Assembly: GCA_002104905.1 (NCBI GenBank) | Contig: MCFE01000701.1 | Coordinates: forward strand, 1-43,881 | DNA from: Basidiobolus meristosporus CBS 931.73 | Lineage: Eukaryota; Fungi; Basidiobolomycota | DNA length: 43,881 nucleotides | Direction: 5' to 3' | In this document: piece by piece, positions 12,775-23,383 of the stretch | How positions within the stretch are numbered: position 1 is the stretch's first letter | Layout: every line of letters begins with the position of its first letter | Translations under genes and position numbers: made by a program | The notes under the pieces: model-generated | What the model was told of the DNA's origin: nothing | What the model saw: the letters and a program-made list of their open reading frames with translations, nothing else | Databases searched by the model: none

Positions 12775-12784
12775 TGGCAGCAGC
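12775..12784 (+). promoter_or_regulatory. PBS TGG(C/T)AGCAGC, probably complementary to the tRNAi-Met 3' end
   Basis: One base after the LTR; TGGTAGCAGC in the minus copy resembles the TGGTAGC iMet PBS of Ty1/Ty3. Confidence 0.65.
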
Positions 12785-12804
12785 AATAACCAGAAACATC
12801 CCTT

Positions 12805-15800
12805 GTGAAGAAAGAAGAAGCCTCCCTCAAGATGTTGGAAAATCAAGAATGGAAGAATGCTATGCAACAAATCCTGGCCCAGCAGCAACAGTTACTCCAG
12901 ATCCTGAGCCAGCAGCAACAAGTAATGACTATCATGGCTCAAAGCCAGCAAAACCCTGTCAAGAGCAACTTCAGTGTGAAGGTCAACCGGTACCATGGTA
13001 GAGTCAATGAAAACCTGGGAACTTGGCTCTTCCAGATTAAAGAAGCTTTCAAGGCTAAGGGAATTGCTCCAGAAAGCAAGTTACATTGTGCAGCCTCTTA
13101 CCTGCCAGATGCAGCTTTACAGTGGTACCACAACAAGATCAGGTCATCCACCATGATGGGATGCTCTACAATCTCTACCTGGGATGAGTCTGTGTGGAAA
13201 TTCAGGATGCCTTTGAGCCCCCACACCAGCAGACACTACTAAGTAGAAAGCTGAAGACACTCAGACAGAAAGTAATGGTCCAAGAGTACATCTATGAATA
13301 TAGATGTCTACTTGAACAAACTGAAAGAATGGACCCTCTGGATCAAATTGAATACTTTATTGATGGGTTGAAAGAAAGAACTTGTAAGGAAGTGAATTAT
13401 CAAAGACCTCAGACTATTGAAGAAGCCATCAAGATTGCCATTGACTATGACTCAGCCATGTTTGGAGTTGGGAAGCCCACAATGACTAATCAGAGAGGCC
13501 ACAATCACTATGAAAGAAGACAATCAGAAGCAGTGCCAATGGAAATAGACACTATACAGAAGAATCCTACCTCAGAAGAATGTAAGAAGAAAGGACTTTG
13601 CTTTAATTGCCACTAGCAAGGACATAATACAAAGTACTGCCCTCAGAGAAGAAATGGACACCAGCCATCAAGAACCTTAAACTATATTGGTGCCCTGGAG
13701 CAAAGTAACATGGAGGATGAACTTGAAGAAGACTTGGAACTCACCTTCCATATGACAGAAGAATGCCTTTCCCAGAAGACCCCCAACTCAGGAAAGCTAT
13801 TATACTTGAATGGAGTAATCAATGGAGTACCTGCCAAAATCATGATTGACTCTGGAGCATTGCACAAGTACATGTCTGAGCAACTTGCTTTGAAAGCTGG
13901 AATCAACCTGGAACCCACCAAATCAACTTCAGTTTCAACAGCTGATGGGAACTCTCACATAATCAACCATATTACTCATATATTTGGGAACTGCAAGTTT
14001 GACCTTGTACTTGGGAACACCTGGCTATTTTGTTGTAATCCATCAATCTACTGGAGAACCCATGCTACTCAGATACAGAAGGACAACAAGACCTACAAGC
14101 TATTACCTGCCAGACTGGATTTTAACTTGGTCAATTCCAGTGTGTGTGAAACAAGTGAACTTAGCAAGACACAGTTCTGTGGAGCACTAAGAAAAGGCAA
14201 CCAGATATTCCTCATGGCAGTATTACAGGAGGATTCCTCTACACCAGTACCCCAAAAGGTCCAGACTCTTTTGAAGTAATATTGTGATGTATTTCCAGAT
14301 GAACTTGTAAGCCTACCACCAGTCAGAGATGTAGTTCATGCCATTGACACAGGAGATAGCCCCCCAGTGAGTAAGACACCTTACAGAATGGGTCCATTGG
14401 AGTTGGAAGAGATGAAGAGACAAATAGATCAGTTATTGGAGCAAGGATATATCAGACCCAGCAAGTCACCTTGGAGAGCACCAGTTCTTTTTGTGAAGAA
14501 GAAGGATGGAACTCTTAGGATGTGTATTGACTACAGAGCCCTCAACTCAGTTACTGTGAAGAATAAGTACCCCATACCATGTATTGATGAACTTTTGGAC
14601 CAACTCAATAGAGTCACTATTTTCAGCTAGATTGACCACATATCAGGATACAACCTGATTAGGGTGAAGCCAGAAGATATTTCTAAGACAGCATTCAGGA
14701 CCAGATATTGACATTATGAGTACTTAGTCATGAGTTTTGGCCTCACTAATGCCCCTGCAACATTTATGATGCTGATGCAGACTGTCTTTCAGGGGTACTT
14801 AGACAAGTTTGTGTTAATCTACCTGGATGACATATTGATATACAGTAAGACAGAAGAGGATCACGTCATGCACATTGAAAAGGTCTTGAAGAAGCTAAGA
14901 GAGAACTAGCTATATGGCAAGCTTGCCAAGTGTGAATTCTTCAAGGTACATGTTGAATACCTGCGACACGTAGTGACTAGCACAGGAGTGATCTTAGACC
15001 CTAGGAAGGTTGAAGTTATCAAGAATCTGAAGCAGCCCCATAGCTTATCAGAACTCAGACCATTCCTTGGAATGGTTTCCTATTATTGGAGATTTGTCAA
15101 GTCCTCTGCAAGTATTGCAGCCCCTTCTACTGATATACTCAAGAAAGACAACACCTATAAGTGGGATGTAGCTTGTTAGACTGCCTTTCAGATGTCAAGA
15201 ATGAACTTGCTAAACTACCAAGCTTAAGAATACCTGACTTCAGAAAAGAGTTTACTCTGTGCACAGATGCTTCAGATTATGCCATTGGTGGAGTGTTGAG
15301 TCAAGAATATGAGGGAAAGGACTACCCTGTTGCCTTTGAATCCAAGAAACTGAACTCAACAGAACAAAACTATCCAGTGCATGAGAAGGAGAAGCGTGCT
15401 ATAATACACTGTTTGAAGACATGGAGATGCTATATTGAAGGGGTCAAATACACTGTGAAGACTGATCATGCCTCCCTCAAGTATAAATTTACTCAGAAGG
15501 TACTCGCTAGAAGAATGACAAGATGAGTGAATACATTCAGCAATTTGACTTAGAGATTGTCTACTACCCTGGAAAAAACAACATTGTTGCTGATGCCTTA
15601 TCAAGATTAGAACAAGTTACACAACTCAACTTGGTGCATGAATCAGATTGGCCTAGCCTATTACCAAAGTACTTGGAAGACCAAGCCATTCCTAATGAGT
15701 TGGATGAAGATATGAAGAAGATAATCCGGGATGAAGCCAGCAAATTTAAAGTACAGGATGAAACACTCTACCAACTAGTTGATGGAAGTCCTGTTGCCTA

Positions 15801-16913
15801 TTGCCCTTATGTTTCTTGCCTGGATTTAATACATAATCTACACATTGGATATGGACTTCTTGGAATTGAAGGAACCTATTGCCTTGTGAAAGCCAGAGCA
15901 TGGTGGCCCAGAATGAAACAAGACATTGAGAAGCTAGTGAAAACATGCCCAAATTGCCAAATCAACCAAGGCCAACCACAGAGAATTGCTGAACTTTTTC
16001 CCTTGGAGCCTGTAAGACCATTTGAAAGATGGGGAATTGACTTTATTGGAAGAATACCAACTACCAGGAAATGCAAGCATTGGATCCTAGTAGCAATTGA
16101 CCATGCCACCAAATGGCCAGTTGCTAAAGCTGTACCAATAGCCAGTGAACAAGAAGTTGCAAGTTTAATCTACCATGAGATCCTTATGAAACTTGTATGC
16201 CCTGTAGAGATTCTATCCAATAGAGGTGCAAACTTTATGGCAAAGACATTGGAAGCTTAGCTGGAAATGCAGCAGATCAAACACTTGAAAACCTTGGCAT
16301 ATCACCCAAGAATTAATGGAGTCACTGAATGGTTGAATGGATTATTTGGAAAAGTGCTGACCAAGTATGCAAATGGAGTTGTCAGTGGATGGGATGAGTA
16401 TATAAACCAAGCACTCTTTGCATGCAGAGTCAGAGTACACAATACCACCCAGCAATTGCCATTTTACTTAGTGTATGGATGTGATCCTAGGATTCCAGGA
16501 GATCACACACAACCAATGCTCACAGACACCTTAGAAGATGAGCTCAGACAGCCAAGTAGACACCAGCAACTGGAACAAAGACTTCAAGAGGCACAGACCA
16601 AAGTATCTCAAAGTGCAGAAAAGATGAAGCAGAGATTTGATAAGACTATAGCACCAGAAGCATTGACAGTTGGGAACTTTGTATGCTAAGAAACAACAAT
16701 TGGAAGAATCTTGAGCCACAATGGACAGGACCATTCAAGATCATCAGAGAATGTCCATTTGCAACTTACCAACTGGTGGACAAACAAGGCAATATCTGGG
16801 AAGACTTAGTGCATAGGGACAGACTCAAGCTTGCAAGACTTGCTGATAATACTGAACCATCAAGATATTGGTATCACAAGAAAAGAGATTCAGGAGAACC
16901 CTCTCAACTGTAG
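12805..16913 (+). pseudogene. gag-pol: gypsy-1 gag-pol, fragmented, no chromodomain seen
   Basis: CFNCH*QGHNTKYC knuckle, IMIDSGA protease, [45 protein letters not shown] and WTGPF. Confidence 0.93.
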
Positions 16914-16923
16914 TAGGGGAGAA

Positions 16924-17291
16924 TGTTATGATCTGCTGCTTGAATGTTTAAGTTAGATCAGTTTTTAGTCAAATCAAGTAGTATATGTTTAGGTTATCAG
17001 TATATCAGGATTATCTATGAAATCAGTAGCATTAGTCAGCAAATGAATCAGCAGATCCTTATCAGACAGAAATAGAAATATTAAGTAGGATCTTATTGGG
17101 TGATGATGATGCAATCAAATGAGTCATCAGCCACAACCTACATTTGGAAATACAATTAGTCAGCAATTTATCTGGCAAAATGTATATAAGGAGCTGCTGG
17201 AACCTCAATAAAAATTGGTTCAAGTTTTAGTGAATACAATACTAGCTAAACTCCCTATTCCTCTACAACTCTTATACCAAGACTTGTAACA
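16924..17291 (+). repeat. gypsy-1 3' LTR
   Basis: Direct repeat of 12405-12773, preceded by the PPT. Confidence 0.95.
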
Positions 17292-17519
17292 CCTATAGTA
17301 AGGATCAAATTAGCACTATTACCAAACATTATGTACTAACCCTGAAACTGTAACAGAATGCTCCTGAATATTGAGAAACCCTCCCTAATTAGTGTTACAG
17401 CTGTGTTACTTCTACAAAGGTATAAATACTAAGCTTCTTTATGAATAAACAACAGTTCAACTATTGTCCCTATTTCTTGATAAGTTCCTTATATCCAAAT
17501 CACTTCTTAAATTGCAACA
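17292..17519 (+). repeat. Partial copia-1 LTR (3' 228 bp)
   Basis: Matches 3053-3280 and ends TGCAACA. Confidence 0.92.
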
Positions 17520-18562
17520 GGCACATGGAGTACAGCCAGGAAAGGTTGGAAAATATTGAGGACAGATCTGTACATGGAGCCACTAATGCCTTGGGCATTA
17601 AGAAGCTAACAGCCCCAATGTGTGGATAATCAGTTAAGTAATGCATGGTTGGACACAATAAGCAACCAACTATTAACAGGACAAATTTACCTAAGTATGC
17701 CATGTTTTTCTTAGTCACAAGCCAATTTCTTAGCCATTGAATACAAAATCCACACAAATAAGAGCAAGATTGCACCTATAGGGGGGACTAGAATCCAACA
17801 GGGAGAAGAAATACATAGGCTAAATAGCAAAAGACTTGTTAGTGGTATTAAGGAAGTATTCACGGCAAAAGTGGTGGCAAGCATGCATACATTTGCAAGA
17901 TGTATATGTTACCAGCAATATAAGGAATATGGCCACTTTACAAGTATTACACTGAAAAGCTGTAAATTTGTAATAATTGATGTATGTCAATTGTCATGGG
18001 TGTGCACATTTGTAGAGGTTAGTAAGCAGGAAGCGGTAGTTTGTTTCATTTAATCTGTATGTAGAATGCCAAAGGTAGTAGCAGGTAATCCAATACAGAA
18101 TGGTATTTTACAGTGGAATATATGAATAGCACAAGTGGAGGTAGAAAAAGCAAATACCATTTGGTTAGTTTGCACAGTGGCATTATACAGAACTAGCTAC
18201 AAGCCACTACTTTACTGTTGCAATGCCAGCAGAGGTCCACAAGGTGGCTGTCAGAACACTATTTAGTTTCTTTCTGTAAGTGGCAACTGAATGTATTGGC
18301 TGGTTAGGTAAGCTCAAATAAATGTACAGAGTATTAAGATCATCAGAATGCCATGCAGTTCTTGTCAAAACACTACTCAATGTCTGTCAAGCTTTTAACT
18401 TCATTTGGCGGTAAATTCAGCAAAGCAACTTAACAATCCTGTCATAAGGTTATGTAGAGGGTCAGTAACTCCAAGCTATTGGCATTATGACAGCCTCATT
18501 GCAGGATCCTAATGGCTGCACTGCATTGGATACACCTACACAACCAACTTATTTTCATAGGG
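17520..18562 (+). mobile_element. CACTA-family fragment F: transposase 3' part and terminus, inverted relative to the other copies
   Basis: Reverse complement of about 30110-29081; ends ...attttcataggg followed by TAT. Confidence 0.85.
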
Positions 18563-18789
18563 TATCTAGTGATAGAGTTACCTGTCTGATATTGTCTTGC
18601 TAATGAAGTACCTGCAATAATGGTTGCTGTTGGCTTAAAAGAGTCTCAAGCACTCTCTTTGGTGGTTATCATTGTCTAGTCAAGTATTTTCTTTTTCCTT
18701 CTTATAAGTGCTTGATTTTGCTAATTCATCATTGCAAGGCCTCCCATATTCTTGAATTTAAGGTCAAACATTGATTTATAAACTCTAGC

Positions 18790-19550
18790 CCCTATGAAAA
18801 ATCTCAAACTTGGAATTCATCTGATTTTCAGCAGGCATTCTGCTGGTGTTTTTGGTTCAAGACTTGAAATGCAATTTTTGATGGGAGTAATGGGCAGCTA
18901 ATTACCAAATTTGATATGGATGCCAGTTTGCCTAGTATCCTCCTGAAGAGTTGGTTTTCTTGCCTGCCTGTCAGCTGATAACAAAAATACTGAGAGTGGT
19001 TAATTTCAAGGAACTTAGATTTCAGCTGATATTATGATTGTACTTTGCTGACCTTTTCTTAATTTTTTTTCTTAGGGTAGGGTTGATACAAGGCCCAAAA
19101 ATGCTCATGTCAGGCTATTTGGGAGAGCTGCTATTTTAGCTTTGTAAGTAGCTTGTTGTCCAGAAGCTTCATGACATCTGAAATGCAGTTAAACTTAAGC
19201 TCTTGCCTTGTGTACGATGCACTGGCTTTTCAGAAATGGCATTATTGCCTTATGCTTTATCTTGGTGCTTTGCTTGCACATATCTCTGAACTCTATTCAC
19301 ACTATAGCCTGATTCTTGAATTGAAGTTTGATTTAAACATACCTCACCTTTAGCAATACTTTTGGCTCCACCTTACTTTGATTTAATGGCTTTGCACATT
19401 TTGCACTACTCAACTAGAATTAAGTAAAATGATAATATTATACTCTTTTAGATTTACAGATTGAATCTAAGTCCTCAACCTTTACCTATATATCTAAAAA
19501 GTAAGAGAAACAGTTGAGTCAGGAAGTAAGGAGCGTAAAAAAGAGCTATA
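18790..19550. mobile_element. Putative non-autonomous CACTA-family derivative G, truncated by copia-2
   Basis: Begins CCCTATGAAAAAT. 19497-19546 matches the subterminal segment 40217-40266; the middle does not match the autonomous copy. Confidence 0.5.
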
Positions 19551-19895
19551 TATTGTAAAAATCTGTAATTCCACCTAAATACTCTCCTAACTTAGCAACT
19601 TAGATCATTACCTTCAAATCCTATAGAATACTGAACAAGTCACTTGTTGGGACTTGCAATATTTTCACCAAAATATCAAGTACCCTGAACATGAAATTCT
19701 CAAAGTTATCCAGACAGCCCAAAAACTTTGAACACATGTGCTTGGGACCTTCCTAAACCTATTTTATGTCCTTTTTACTTCAAGACCATGTAAACTATTG
19801 CTACTACTTTCACATTTGACAAATGATTTAGTGAAAGCCACACAAATCCACTTGTTCTCATAATCACTTCTACTAAGCCAAGGACTTGTAAAACA
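19551..19895 (+). repeat. copia-2 5' LTR
   Basis: Homologous to 27308-27657; followed by GGCAAGGAACCC (decayed PBS) and a gag-like KFDG...KVKMKM peptide. Confidence 0.8.
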
Positions 19896-20057
19896 GGCAA
19901 GGAACCCAAAGCTGTCATTCCCTGCAATGTCTACTGTAGCTAGTACTGGAGATTTTCCACTGCATAAATTTTGATGGACCTAATGACAAGGTGTGCAAGG
20001 TCAAGATGAAGATGGTGGAGCAAGATAGAGGCATATATGATTCTGTTATGGGAGAAG

Positions 20058-23000
20058 TGCTAAGATATTGGGCTATTTGGTATCATTCAGCAGCCAAAAA
20101 TTTACCAAACTACTGTAGACCAGTCTTGGTCACTGTAGGACTTGTTTGCCACCCCAACTTTGCAAGTTCCTTCACATCTATGATCCTATGATTATTCCTC
20201 TATAGTGAAGATTAAATTAACACTTTTTACCAAACAGTATGTAGTAGCCCTGAAACTGTTATAGAGTGCTCCTGAATGTTAAGAAACCCCCCTTTCTTAG
20301 TGTTACAACTGTATTACTTCTACAAAGGTATAAATACTGATCCACTTTAGGAATAAAAAACAGTTCAACTATTATCACTACATCTTGATAAGTTTCTTAT
20401 ATCCAATTCAATTCTTAAATTGCAACAGGTTATGAGCCCCTATTGCCTTAACCTATCCTAAAGATGACTTTGACCAGCAATCAGAACAATACAAACATCT
20501 TCCCTGTAAAGGAGAGGCTTAATGGGAAGAACTACACACTTTGGAGAATCAAGTTGCAGATCCACTTTGAGGAAAGAAAGCTTTGAAATATAGTAACAGG
20601 AAAAGAAGTTGAGTCCAAAGAAACAGCAGAAGAAGTGGAGAAGTTTTGAGAGAAGGAGAGAAAGGCCTTTAAAGCTATATCTGTCAATGAGTAAGATTTC
20701 TTCATTGGACAGATAAATGCTTCAAGTACTGCCAACAAAGCATAGGAATCCTTAGAGAAGATCTTTAGAGCAAAGTCAGTATCAAGAAAGCTTTATTTGA
20801 AAAAAAAGTTCTTCAACATGAGGAAGAAGCCAGATGATGACATGCTACAACTCATCACCAGAATGGAGACACTTGCAGAAGAACTTTACAGTGTTAATGC
20901 TGGTGTAGATGATGAAGAAAAGATACTCTGTCTGCCAAAGAAACAAGCAGACAAAAAACAGAAACTGAAGTAGGCAAACCATATAACTACTGATGAACAG
21001 TTATTTGTAACTGTACAAGAGAGTGCAAGTAGCCAGAGTAATGAATGGTATATTGACTCTGAAGCATTACAGCATATTTGTGGTATAAAGGAGTGGTTCA
21101 GCAACATGAAGACTACTCCCGTAAGAAAGATTTATCTGGGAGACAACTCTGCACTGGAAGCTACCGCTAGTGGGTCTATACAACTAAATATGAGTGATAT
21201 CTCAGGGGCTACAACAGCAAAACAGACTGATGTACTCTACATCCTTGGAATAGCTAAGAACCTACTCTCAGTGAGTAAAGCAACTGCTCAGGGACTGAAA
21301 TTTACTTTTACTAAGCTGAACTGCTTAATATTGAGTGAAAATGGACAAAAATTAGCTTTGGGAATCAGAGGTCACAATATATACAAGTTACAATGCAAGA
21401 TCATTGTGTCTGAGATGACAAGACAAGATATATATGGGTATACTTCCTCAAGACAGGGGATGAGGCCTTAGTGACGTTTGAATACTTCAAAAATATGGCA
21501 GAAACTCAAACTTGGTGTAAGTGGAAGATACCTCAAAGTGGCAATGGAGGGAATACTGCTAAAAGGAGTTTGCAAAATACTGCGCATCTACTGGTATAAA
21601 TCAGCAGACTACTGCTCACATACTCCACAGCAAAATGGAGTAGCAGAACATGTAAATAGAACAATAGTAGAGATGGGGAAATCTGTGCTACATGATAAGG
21701 GAATGGACTACAAGTTTTGGGCTGAATCTGTTGCTACTGCTGTATACATCAAGAATAGATGCCCTTCAACTGCACTACAGGATTCTACACCCTTTGAAGC
21801 ATGTGCAGGCAAAAAATCAGATCTCCAGCACCTCAAGACCTTTGACAGTGATGTTTTTTATCACATCCCTGACAAAAGATGCTCAAAGCTGGAACCAAAG
21901 AGTAGAAAAGGGACATTTCTTGGGTTTTGTGATGATATAAATGGTATTGAGTGTATGATGGCAAAATTCAGATGATAATCAAGAGCGGGAACATTGTATC
22001 TGAGGAGAATTCAGATCAGAATGCCACAGATATCATTGGCCAGCTGCCTGATGATACAATCAACACTAATGAAGAAGATACATACCAAATTCAGCCAGAT
22101 ACAGATGATAATGCTACCAGTTCCAGATCAGAGCAGATTATCTCTTTTAGGAGATCTACCAGAATAAGAAATGACCCTGGATCCTGTTGGCAGACATCCA
22201 ATGATCATGAAGAAGCTTATCCTGCCTTATGTGCCAAACCTCAGAATCTGGAACAGGCAATGTAAAGTCCAGATGTTACTATGTGGCAACAAGCCATGCA
22301 GGAGGAGTACTAATCACTGATTAAGGCAAAAATGTGGGAACTGGTAGATTTACCAAATGGGCAAGAGCCAATAGGATGCAGTTGGGTCTACAAGATCAAG
22401 AAAACCTCAAGTGATACAATTGATAAGTACAAGGCTAGAATGGTGGCTAAAGGCTATTCTCAGATCCTGGGAATAGACTTCAAGGAAACATTTGCTCTGG
22501 TTGCAAAGTATAACTCTATTAGGACAGTTTTAGCCCTGGCTGCTGTACACAGTCTTGATCTACACCAAATGGATGGCAAAACAGCCTTTCTAAATGGGGA
22601 TTTGCAAGACACTATATATATGGAGCAACCAGAAGGATTAACCAATCCAATTAGCCCAAATAAGGTGTGCAGACTCAGAAAATTGTTGAATGGGCTCAAG
22701 CAGGCACCTTGAGCATAGTATAACAAAACTGACTCATATCTAGAGGAGATTAGGTTTGTTTGCAGCACTGCAGATCACAGTATATATACAAAACAGCTCA
22801 AAAAGGGTGTGATCATCCTAGTTCTGATTGTGGACAACCTAATAATAGCCATAAGTGACCAGGAGGCACTTAAACAGACAAAATCTGATCTCTTCAGCAA
22901 GTTTGAGATGAAAGATCTTGGAAAATTGAGCTATTTTCTTGGAATTAAAGTGCTTTTTGACATACCTATGCAGAAAATTGTGCTGAGTTGGTCTAAGTAC

Positions 23001-23383
23001 ATCAGGGACATTCTTAGATGCTTGAAAATGGTAAATTGCAAGCCTGCAGCTACCCCTAAGGACAATAATCTAGAATTGAGCAAATCTCAGCCAGTTTTAG
23101 GTGAAAATGGCTCAAGTATGGACCAAAACTTTCCCTATCAATCAATTATTAATAGCCTGATGTACTTGATGGTGTTTACATGTCCTGATATTACAGTCGC
23201 AGTTGGAATAGTCATTCAATTCATGCATAATTATGGATCAGATCAAATTACAGCAGTTAAGCAGATTTTCAGATATCTACAATATAGCATAAATATGGTA
23301 CTGGAATACTCAGGAGCAGCTAATAGGTGGAAATTTGATGGTTATAGTGAATCAGATTGGGGTAGAGATCTGTTTGACAGATG
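20058..23383 (+). mobile_element. Older copia-1 copy inserted in copia-2 gag; two internal deletions, 3' end lost
   Basis: LTR 20058-20427 plus PBS GGTTATGAGCCC, colinear with 3281-6800. Homology stops after GRDLFDR. Confidence 0.92.

Larger units (their letters stand above)
12405..17291 (+). mobile_element. Ty3/gypsy LTR retrotransposon (gypsy-1) with two LTRs but no matching TSD
   Basis: LTRs 12405-12773 and 16924-17291, PBS at 12775-12784, PPT AGTAGGGGAGAA at 16912-16923, gag-PR-RT-RH-IN order. Flanks are GCAAG and CCTAT. Confidence 0.95.

Noticed and set aside
16683-16923. Chromodomain or env-like ORF at the end of gypsy-1
   Set aside because: The frame stops at 16913, directly at the PPT, after the GPY/F-type segment; there is no room or motif.
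7770-17519. Recent inverted segmental duplication
   Set aside because: The arms differ by about 20% while the plus copy's LTRs differ by about 5%, and the arms have different indels and insertions.
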